Shown: positions 48,153 to 56,111 of the stretch, in pieces
Layout of the letters: every line of letters begins with the position of its first letter
Numbering within the stretch: the stretch's first letter is position 1
NCBI GenBank assembly: GCA_964420215.1
Contig: CAYQSQ010000007.1
Location: forward strand, 40,892-104,891
Length of the DNA stretch: 64,000 nucleotides
Source of the DNA: an uncultured Flavobacterium sp.
GTDB taxonomy: Bacteria > Bacteroidota > Bacteroidia > Flavobacteriales > Flavobacteriaceae
Direction: 5' to 3'
Notes under the pieces: model-generated
Database searches by the model: none
The model's input: only the letters and a program-made list of their open reading frames with translations
Told to the model about the DNA's origin: nothing
Program-made: the position numbers and the translations under genes

Positions 48153-49439
48153 ATGATACCCGCAATAGAAACTTCATCGCTACAAGAAATCCAACAACTG
48201 CAAGAACAAAAATTAAGAGAACAGTTGTTGTATTTAAATGCGCATTCGCCGTATTATCAAAGGCTTTTTGCAAAAGAAAATATTGATATTTCTCGAATTA
48301 CAACAATCGCAGATTTACAGCAAATCCCCGTAACCGAAAAAAATGATTTGCAACAGTTTAACGATGATTTTTATAGCGTACCCATGCATCAAATCATTGA
48401 TTATGCCACCACATCAGGCACTATGGGTAGCCCTGTTACGTTTGGTTTAACAGATAAAGATTTGGATCGTTTGGCGTATAACGAAGCCATATCGTTTGCT
48501 TGTGCAGGGATTAAAAAAGGAGATGTTGTGCAACTGATGACAACCATGGACCGTCGTTTTATGGCGGGTATGGCATATTTTTTAGGTTTACGAAAATTAG
48601 GTGCAGGGATAATACGCGTAGGAGCGGGGATACCTGAATTACAATGGGATTCAATACTAAAATACAAACCAAAATATCTGATTGCAGTTCCATCATTTTT
48701 ATTAAAATTGATTGAATATGCCGAAAAGAACGGAATTGATTACAAAGCATCAAGTGTAAAAGGAGTCGTTTGTATTGGCGAAGCTTTAAGGACACAAGAT
48801 TTTAACCCCAGTTTATTAGCGGATAAAATCACACAACAATGGCCGTTACAACTGTATTCGACTTATGCGTCAACCGAAATGAGTACTGCATTTACTGAAT
48901 GCGATCAGTTAAGCGGTGGTCACGAGCATCCTGAGTTAATTATTACAGAGGTTTTGGATGACAACAACCAACCTGTTGTTGATGGCGAATCTGGTGAATT
49001 AACCATCACAACTTTAGGAGTTGAAGGTTTACCGTTATTACGATTTAAAACCGGAGATATTGTTCGATTACATAAAGAACCTTGCGCTTGCGGACGAAAT
49101 ACTTTACGTGTTGGTCCTGTTATTGGTCGAAAACAACACATGATTAAATACAAGGGAACAACTTTGTATCCGCCTGTAATGCACGATTTGTTAACGTATT
49201 TTGAAGAAATTCAAAACCATGTTATCGAAATATCAACGAATGAATTAGGCACCGACGAGATTTTGATTAAAATCGCTTCAAATAATCCAACACAAGATTT
49301 ATTGGTTCGCATCAAAGATCATTTTAGAGCCAAACTACGTGTTACACCTAATGTAACAATAGTACCAACCGACGAACTCAAAAAAATCATCTTTCCACCA
49401 ATGAGCCGTAAACCTATTACGTTTATTGATAAGCGGTGA
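48153..49439 (+). CDS. Phenylacetate-CoA ligase-family adenylating enzyme (4-coumarate activation)
   Basis: TTSGTMG, STYASTE, RFKTGD, GRKQHMIKYKG. Confidence 0.9.
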   Translation: MIPAIETSSLQEIQQLQEQKLREQLLYLNAHSPYYQRLFAKENIDISRITTIADLQQIPVTEKNDLQQFNDDFYSVPMHQIIDYATTSGTMGSPVTFGLTDKDLDRLAYNEAISFACAGIKKGDVVQLMTTMDRRFMAGMAYFLGLRKLGAGIIRVGAGIPELQWDSILKYKPKYLIAVPSFLLKLIEYAEKNGIDYKASSVKGVVCIGEALRTQDFNPSLLADKITQQWPLQLYSTYASTEMSTAFTECDQLSGGHEHPELIITEVLDDNNQPVVDGESGELTITTLGVEGLPLLRFKTGDIVRLHKEPCACGRNTLRVGPVIGRKQHMIKYKGTTLYPPVMHDLLTYFEEIQNHVIEISTNELGTDEILIKIASNNPTQDLLVRIKDHFRAKLRVTPNVTIVPTDELKKIIFPPMSRKPITFIDKR

Positions 49440-49457
49440 TAGTTTTTTTAAAACAAA

Positions 49458-49492
49458 GAGTCCGTCTGATAACATAAAACACAGACAGGCTT
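49458..49492. terminator. Possible bidirectional hairpin between convergent genes
   Basis: gagtccgtctg / cagacaggctt imperfect 11-bp stem, 13-nt loop. Confidence 0.35.
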
Positions 49493-49506
49493 ACTTCTGA
49501 ATGTGC

Positions 49507-50724
49507 CTAATTAGATATAATTAGTTTGTGATTTGTAACGGTATTATTTTCTAATTCTATTTTTAGAAAATAAACGCCTGTATCTTCAATTGAAAATTGA
49601 TTATTGGATAAAACGGATATTATTATTTCTTTTCCTAAAACATCAAAACCAGTTACTTTTTTAATTTTTACTTTAGTATTTATAGTAAAGACTCCATTTG
49701 ATGGATTTGGAAACAATTGTAAGTCTACATTATTAGTATTAAAATCTAATGTATTTAGTAGTTCGTTACCTCCAGCGCTTATTCCGATGTCAAAAATTTC
49801 AAGAAACGGAGATGAATCATTAGTTAACATAAAATTATTTAATCCATTACTATTCATTATTTTAATTTGATGCGTAGTATTGCCAACATAACCAGACACA
49901 ATTCTTCCATCAGGTAAGGTTACAGGTGAATTGTCATTAGTAAAACTATTATTTATTATGTGTGGATTTCCACCAGCAACATTTAATTTCCAAATTCTTT
50001 CGGCAGAAGTTTCTGCTTCAAAATAAATATTTCCATCAACATCATAACAGGGTGATTTCATTTGTGAACAACCTACAATTTCTGTTATTGAAGTTTTTTG
50101 AATTTGACCCGTACCATCGGACAAAACTTCTACTATTGCTGAGGATGAACTTACATTATTGGAACATTCGTAAATAATTTTTGTTTCATCATATGATAAA
50201 TAAGGTGAAATATTATAATCATAACCTGATAATGAACTTAATGGAATAGGATCAGACCAGAATAAACCCGTTTTTGTGATTTTAAAAATATCTCGAGTGT
50301 GTGTAGTTCCATTTTGTACAAAGTAGATGTTTCTTCCATCATTTGAAATTTGCATAATTCCTTCAGCATGAAATACATTTCCTTTCTCGTCTTTAGGAAC
50401 TTCGAAATAACTAAAGTTTGATTTACAAATAGTTATTGCAGCATATCCATCTATATTGTTACTACTATCAAAACGTTCACTCTGAAAAATATAATAATCT
50501 CCATTATGAGAAGTACAGATTGGTCCTTTATTTACACCACTATATGCAGCGCGTGTATTTATTGATGTAGATAAATTATAATATATAAAAGGGGTATTCA
50601 CATTTACTTTCCAAAAAATATCTTCTCCGCTAATTTTGTCTTGTGTTGTAAATACAACTTGTTGAGCAACAATCTTAAGAGAAATTGTTATAAATGCTGC
50701 TATAACTAAATTTTTTTTTTTCAT
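49507..50724 (-). CDS. Secreted TolB/PD40-like beta-propeller with T9SS type-A C-terminal sorting domain
   Basis: Signal peptide; repeats such as SPYLSYDETKIIY and SPCYDVDGNIYF; CTD LFPNPSNG...GVYFLKI...HKLII. ATG 50724 (50736 is an alternative). Confidence 0.78.
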   Translation of the reverse strand: MKKKNLVIAAFITISLKIVAQQVVFTTQDKISGEDIFWKVNVNTPFIYYNLSTSINTRAAYSGVNKGPICTSHNGDYYIFQSERFDSSNNIDGYAAITICKSNFSYFEVPKDEKGNVFHAEGIMQISNDGRNIYFVQNGTTHTRDIFKITKTGLFWSDPIPLSSLSGYDYNISPYLSYDETKIIYECSNNVSSSSAIVEVLSDGTGQIQKTSITEIVGCSQMKSPCYDVDGNIYFEAETSAERIWKLNVAGGNPHIINNSFTNDNSPVTLPDGRIVSGYVGNTTHQIKIMNSNGLNNFMLTNDSSPFLEIFDIGISAGGNELLNTLDFNTNNVDLQLFPNPSNGVFTINTKVKIKKVTGFDVLGKEIIISVLSNNQFSIEDTGVYFLKIELENNTVTNHKLIISN

Positions 50725-50779
50725 GATGAGTTTCATTTTTCAGTATTAATTCTAAATAATTTTTATATTTTTTTTGCTT

Positions 50780-50787
50780 CAAAGCTA
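50780..50787 (-). promoter_or_regulatory. -7 element of the propeller gene
   Basis: TAGCTTTG on minus strand in the short gap after the GT2 synthase. Confidence 0.45.
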
Positions 50788-50808
50788 ATCTACAAATAAA
50801 ATTTATTA

Positions 50809-52230
50809 TTAATCTTTTGTCTGAAACCCTTTACGCTTCATCTCACCCCAACTGGTTTTACCATCTATATAATGAGCGTTACCGATCATTGCAGCTCTGA
50901 TTATTAAAGGATGAAATATAAAAGGCTCAACTAATGCAGCTCCCATTAATTTGAAAATATCTGAGAATTTTTTGTATTGAGCATAGGTTTTTTCTTCTGC
51001 TAAAAGCGATAAAAAGCTAAACATGACTGAAAACGAATAAATCATACCAAACAAAAACAAGAAATACATCCAGTTTACACTCCCGAAGATTGCTAAAAAC
51101 AAAAGAATACATAATCCTATTATTTCTATAATTGGAGCTAAAAACTCAAATACCAACCAATAAGGATAACTTAATAATCCTAAAATTTTGTATTTGGGAT
51201 TAAAACACATTTTTTTGTGCGTCAAAAGAGTTTCGATTGTACCACGTGTCCAACGGTTACGTTGTCGAGTAAGAGTTTTGATATCTTCAGGTACTTCTGT
51301 CCAACATAGAGGGTCGGGGATAAATTTTACGGTATATTCGTGCTTATTATCAATCATATAACGTCGCATTCGTACTAACAATTCCATATCTTCACCAACG
51401 GTTTTTGTGCTGTATCCGCCACTTTTAATGACTATTTCTTTGTCAAACATTCCAAACGCACCTGAGATTAGTAGCAAGCCATCCATACGACTCCATGCCA
51501 TACGTCCTAACAAAAAAGCCCTCAAGTACTCGATGGTTTGTACTCGTGCTAAAAAGGAATTAGGGGCCTTTACTTTTTTGATTTTTCCATCAACTACTTT
51601 ACAAGAATTAGCGATTCGGATAACACCTCCCGTGGCGATAACACGTGTTTTTTCTTGTAAAAAAGGTTTAATCATTTTAACTAAAGAGTCTTTTTCTAAA
51701 ATACAATCGACGTCAATGGATGTGATATAACGATTTACGGATACATTAACTCCTGCGTTTAAAGCATCGGCTTTTCCTCCGTTTTCTTTGTCTATAACAA
51801 TTAAATTATGATACTCTTTTAACTTGGATTTATAAATTTGTTTGACCAACTGAGTAGGTATGGCACTATGAAACGAAAATTTAACAGGTTCAAGCTGAAA
51901 CTCGTCTATTGCATTTTGTAACGTTTCGTCTTTGCTTCCGTCGTTAATAATTACTACTTCAAAGTTTTTATATTCAATACTTAATAAAGATTTAATATTA
52001 TCGTTGATAGTTGGCGCTTCATTATAGGCAGGTGCTAAAATGGAAATAGATGGTGATATGTTAGAGGTTAACAATTTAGAATAATCTACACGCTGGTTGT
52101 TTTTGATATATTTTTTTGAAGTGCGGATAGATATATACGCTAAAATGATATATGATATCATAATAAACAAAGCATATATCAAGATGGCTCTTGAAAAAAA
52201 TAGGCTTAAATAATTAACAAAAGTATCCAT
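50809..52230 (-). CDS. Processive membrane GT2 synthase (PgaC/IcaA-like)
   Basis: PAYNE, NDGSKD, GGKADALN, IDVD, GED, QRNRW; one N-terminal and about three C-terminal TM helices. Confidence 0.9.
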   Translation of the reverse strand: MDTFVNYLSLFFSRAILIYALFIMISYIILAYISIRTSKKYIKNNQRVDYSKLLTSNISPSISILAPAYNEAPTINDNIKSLLSIEYKNFEVVIINDGSKDETLQNAIDEFQLEPVKFSFHSAIPTQLVKQIYKSKLKEYHNLIVIDKENGGKADALNAGVNVSVNRYITSIDVDCILEKDSLVKMIKPFLQEKTRVIATGGVIRIANSCKVVDGKIKKVKAPNSFLARVQTIEYLRAFLLGRMAWSRMDGLLLISGAFGMFDKEIVIKSGGYSTKTVGEDMELLVRMRRYMIDNKHEYTVKFIPDPLCWTEVPEDIKTLTRQRNRWTRGTIETLLTHKKMCFNPKYKILGLLSYPYWLVFEFLAPIIEIIGLCILLFLAIFGSVNWMYFLFLFGMIYSFSVMFSFLSLLAEEKTYAQYKKFSDIFKLMGAALVEPFIFHPLIIRAAMIGNAHYIDGKTSWGEMKRKGFQTKD

Positions 52231-52231
52231 T

Positions 52232-54508
52232 TTATTGTGCGGTATTAGTAGGTATGGAGCTGATAATATTATTTAATTCAATAATATTATAAACTAATAA
52301 TTTATTTAATTCGATATGCTCTGGATCCATTTTATGTATGGCAATTACGGCGACTTGTCGGAGCTCAAAATCTTCGGTTAAGGCACATTTTTTTAAAAAT
52401 TCAATCGAATTGGGTGGCGTGTTTTTACGAAACGATCGTAAGATTTGTTTACGTACAATAAAAGGTTCTGTATCATAAATTTCTATTAGTTTATCATACA
52501 TAGGAGCTTGTAATGCGGTTAGAGCTTTAATGATTTCAGCTTTTAAGCCTGCATTTTTTGAGTCTAAATAACTTAGTAAAAAATCAATTTCAGAAGTTTT
52601 GTTTTTTAAACGTACCAATCGAACTCCTAATATTTTATGAGATTGGTTGTTTTGAAACCATTTTTCTAAAGGAGGAATATCATAACTTTCTTGTAACTCT
52701 AATATGGACAAAATCTTTAATTGTTGCCAGTCACTAAGATAATTATTTGATCGTAAAACATATCCTAAACCTCTTATTGGACGTAATTGTAAAATTGCCG
52801 AAATTAGAGTTTCAATCGTATCTTCATCTGTTTCTTTTTCTAATATTTTATTAAACAAGATTACCGCCGATTTCACATTCATGGTTTGTATATCTTCTAC
52901 ACCGTCATAAAATGTTTTTTTAGTGAATGACTTAATTTTTTCTAATGAAATACGAACAAGCTTATTATCCATATAATACGATTTTAGCATTTCCTGTTCA
53001 GATAGAGCTAACTTTGGATATGTTTTAACAATACGCTCGATTAAAATATTTTTAAATTCATCTTTTGAAAACAATTGTTTTTCTATTCGAACCACATGGT
53101 TGTTAAAATCTTGTCGTTTGATAATGGCTTGTATTAATATGTCACTTTTACCTCTAATTACTCTTTTTCGGCGTGCAATAATTTTTTTGTATTGACGTGT
53201 ACCCAAGACATTAATCAAAAAAATAAGTGCTGTAAGTGTAAAAATTGTTGTTAACGTTAATATGATTAAACGTTTCTTTTTGCTTAACTGATAAGAGAAT
53301 GTTTCGGTTCGATTGGGTAAATATTTTAAACGTTCTTCTTGAGTTATTTTATTTGCTTGTACAGGAAATGAATTGTAATAATCCAATTGTATTTTAGAAA
53401 CCAATGGTTTATAAAAATTCCAGAAAAAATCGCGGCGGTCTTCAATTTCATTTTTATAAAAAAATGATTTAATTGCGCTGATACCTCCAAAATATGATGT
53501 GCCGTAACTAACTGGATTATCCGCAAAATCACCTGCAAAATAATAAAACGGACTAGGATGCTTTTGTTCGATAACCGCAGGAAATATTAAAGGGATATCG
53601 TGCTCACACATAATGGATTGCCCTCGTTTATTTGCTAAAACATTATAAGTTGCTTTGACTTCTTTAGAGTTATCATAGGAAACAACATCAAACCAAAAAG
53701 AGTATTCAATCATTTTAGGTAAATCGTAATATGCAGCCCATTCAGGATCGGTTTTTATAATAGGTGCTGAAAAATCCATATCGATACCATCTTCTAAAAC
53801 CACGATAGTTTCATCCATGTGGTTAAAAACCAATCCGCCATTTTTGAAAGGCCATTCGCCGTTGTGTTGTCTTTTGTAATTTTGAACCACCCACCTTGGT
53901 AGATCAAGGTTTTGTATCGTATCTAAACGATCAAAATATCTCCCAGTCCAACCCGTCCAGTGTACACCTGTTTCTTTTTCAAATTCACGTCGGATATTGG
54001 CAGGAGTAGGAGAGGCAAAAACATTATATTCGGTTATGACTAATTTTTTTTGTTCTTTAAATTTTTTAATCAATTTAAGCTCGTTCATTTTAAGACCACC
54101 GTAAAGTAATTTAGAGCGATCGGAGGGATTATTCTTTTTGTACCATTCGTTATAATACATCCCGTATGAGTCTGTATAATATAACAAATGATTGTTCGTA
54201 GCTATTTTGGTTAATGCGGAGTCACTATATTTTTTAAAATCTTTTGTATAAAATAGTTCATTTTCTTTTGGAAAAAAACCAAAATAATCTTTTGCGCGAT
54301 CATATGTGGTTGAGTCTGGTTTTACAAAACGTTCGTGGTTTAAAACCCAATAAAAGCTTTTGTGTTCCATACCGTCTTTTGTTAAAACTGTTTTGTCTAT
54401 AATAACAGCTTTTATTGGTTTTATTTCTTGAAAATACCAAAACAAAAAAGACACTCCAATTATCAACGAAAGGAGTAGAGCTACAATGATAAAAAATCGT
54501 TTTACCAT
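52232..54508 (-). CDS. Fusion protein: TM - about 350 aa extracytoplasmic domain - TM - HEAT-repeat domain
   Basis: TM at aa 5-24, aromatic-rich soluble domain (WTGWTGRYF, YYFAGDFAD, FFWNFYKP), second TM at about 53201-53270, helical HEAT-like C-terminus. Confidence 0.75.
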   Translation of the reverse strand: MVKRFFIIVALLLSLIIGVSFLFWYFQEIKPIKAVIIDKTVLTKDGMEHKSFYWVLNHERFVKPDSTTYDRAKDYFGFFPKENELFYTKDFKKYSDSALTKIATNNHLLYYTDSYGMYYNEWYKKNNPSDRSKLLYGGLKMNELKLIKKFKEQKKLVITEYNVFASPTPANIRREFEKETGVHWTGWTGRYFDRLDTIQNLDLPRWVVQNYKRQHNGEWPFKNGGLVFNHMDETIVVLEDGIDMDFSAPIIKTDPEWAAYYDLPKMIEYSFWFDVVSYDNSKEVKATYNVLANKRGQSIMCEHDIPLIFPAVIEQKHPSPFYYFAGDFADNPVSYGTSYFGGISAIKSFFYKNEIEDRRDFFWNFYKPLVSKIQLDYYNSFPVQANKITQEERLKYLPNRTETFSYQLSKKKRLIILTLTTIFTLTALIFLINVLGTRQYKKIIARRKRVIRGKSDILIQAIIKRQDFNNHVVRIEKQLFSKDEFKNILIERIVKTYPKLALSEQEMLKSYYMDNKLVRISLEKIKSFTKKTFYDGVEDIQTMNVKSAVILFNKILEKETDEDTIETLISAILQLRPIRGLGYVLRSNNYLSDWQQLKILSILELQESYDIPPLEKWFQNNQSHKILGVRLVRLKNKTSEIDFLLSYLDSKNAGLKAEIIKALTALQAPMYDKLIEIYDTEPFIVRKQILRSFRKNTPPNSIEFLKKCALTEDFELRQVAVIAIHKMDPEHIELNKLLVYNIIELNNIISSIPTNTAQ

Positions 54509-54511
54509 GGC

Positions 54512-56104
54512 TTAAAATCGTTTTATTATAGTTCCCATTATGCTAATTCGGTTTCTGAATCTCGCTGGAGCATATTCTTCATTTTCATACATTGCTGCTA
54601 CTTTAAACAAACGATACTCGTTAACTTTAATTTGTTGTTCTATTTTAAATCCTGCTGTTTTTACATTTAGGTTTTGATTACCTATAGCGTTAAATGGAAA
54701 TTTACCAGTATAAAAGCTAAAATCAGTGTAGTTATCTGTATTTTTATAATATCTTCTGACCTGAAATTGATGTGATAAGTAACCGGTGGTAGTGGCTGGT
54801 GGTGTAAAATAGTAACCACGATATAAAATCCAATATTTTTTATAGTATTTACCCAAATACACGGCGTAAATCATGTTATTTCCATTGGATAGTTTTAGAG
54901 TTCTGAATCCTAACGAAGCTTCAAAACCGTTGGGTAAAGTTCTATAAATATCTAATGTACTTCTCCAGTTAGGAAATAAAATACTGTTGTTTGAAAATCC
55001 TGCCCCAACGTGCATACTCATTTTATCATTAAGGCGTGGATAGGCTTCTGCTTCAAACTGTGTCGAAACTTCATCAAATCGCATCGCAGTACTCAATTGA
55101 AATCGCAACGGAAAAACTTTCGTTTTTCGTAAAAGTTCGACCCCACCAATATGCCATGGATCTAATTTTTCTTTAAAAAAACTGTTCATGTAAAAGATGC
55201 CAAAATGACTTTTAATATTTTTTTCCTTTAAGCGTCTTTGTATGGTTTGTGCTTCGGTATTATTGGGGTTTATTTTTAAAAGTTCATCCACAACCGCTAA
55301 GGCTTCATCGATTTGCTGATCGTTTTCTAAAGCTTTTGTTTTTTGAAGTAGTGTGTTTTCATCTTTGGGGTGATTTGCCAATTGTTTTTCGCAAAAAGTA
55401 ATACTCTTGGTATTATCTCCCGACCAGCGTAACACATCAATATAGGATGATAACACATCGTAATTTGTAGAATCTTTTGGAATCAAAATCTCAAACTTGG
55501 ATAACGAGGTAATGTATTCTTTATCAAATGCATTTAATTGCGCATCTAACAAGCCCATTTCAAGATTATCAGGGTGTTGTTGCACTAACTCATTCATTAT
55601 TGCTTTTGCTTCTGGTCTTTTTTGATTTTTTTCTAAAAGTTTGGCTTCTAAAAATCTAGAGGCAACAGCATTTACTTTTAAAGCCTCGTTAACTTCAATT
55701 GCTTTTTTCCTTTTTTGAAGAATTTCTTCTTTATTGGGGTAATACTTTAAAATTGTGTCGCAATAAGCGATACTTTTTTGAGTATCCTTGTTCCAACGCA
55801 ACACATCAACATAAATATTTAAGATATCATAATTATGTGGATTTTTGTTATTAAGCGCTTCTAATTCCGTTAATGATTGAGCGTATTCGCCATCAAAAGC
55901 AGTCAGTTGTGCCTTGTATAGTTTAAAGTCTAAATAGGAGGGGTGTTGCTGTGCTAAAACGGTTAATTTTTGTTTCGCTTCCGCTCGTTTACCACTCAAT
56001 TCCAGCTGTTTAGCTTGGTTTAAATACACCGCTAACGAATCCGATTGAGAAAATAAGGGGGCTATTCCTAATAGGAATAAAAGTACAATTAATTTAAATT
56101 TCAT
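54512..56104 (-). CDS. TPR-containing YaiO-family outer-membrane beta-barrel
   Basis: Signal peptide, duplicated TPR block, barrel motifs QFEAEAYP, FPNWR, FEASLGFR, GKYYKKYW, terminal Phe. Confidence 0.85.
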   Translation of the reverse strand: MKFKLIVLLFLLGIAPLFSQSDSLAVYLNQAKQLELSGKRAEAKQKLTVLAQQHPSYLDFKLYKAQLTAFDGEYAQSLTELEALNNKNPHNYDILNIYVDVLRWNKDTQKSIAYCDTILKYYPNKEEILQKRKKAIEVNEALKVNAVASRFLEAKLLEKNQKRPEAKAIMNELVQQHPDNLEMGLLDAQLNAFDKEYITSLSKFEILIPKDSTNYDVLSSYIDVLRWSGDNTKSITFCEKQLANHPKDENTLLQKTKALENDQQIDEALAVVDELLKINPNNTEAQTIQRRLKEKNIKSHFGIFYMNSFFKEKLDPWHIGGVELLRKTKVFPLRFQLSTAMRFDEVSTQFEAEAYPRLNDKMSMHVGAGFSNNSILFPNWRSTLDIYRTLPNGFEASLGFRTLKLSNGNNMIYAVYLGKYYKKYWILYRGYYFTPPATTTGYLSHQFQVRRYYKNTDNYTDFSFYTGKFPFNAIGNQNLNVKTAGFKIEQQIKVNEYRLFKVAAMYENEEYAPARFRNRISIMGTIIKRF

Positions 56105-56111
56105 TTAAATA

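Larger units (their letters stand above)
14663..49439. other. Flexirubin-type (aryl polyene + dialkylresorcinol) biosynthetic gene cluster
   Basis: Co-occurrence of TAL, FabG, three KS, two CLF-like, two ACP, three hotdog dehydratases, DarA, DarB, BtrH-like, ABC, LolA-like, GT2, MMPL, C45 and AMP-ligase genes; order matches the recalled F. johnsoniae flexirubin cluster. Confidence 0.93.
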
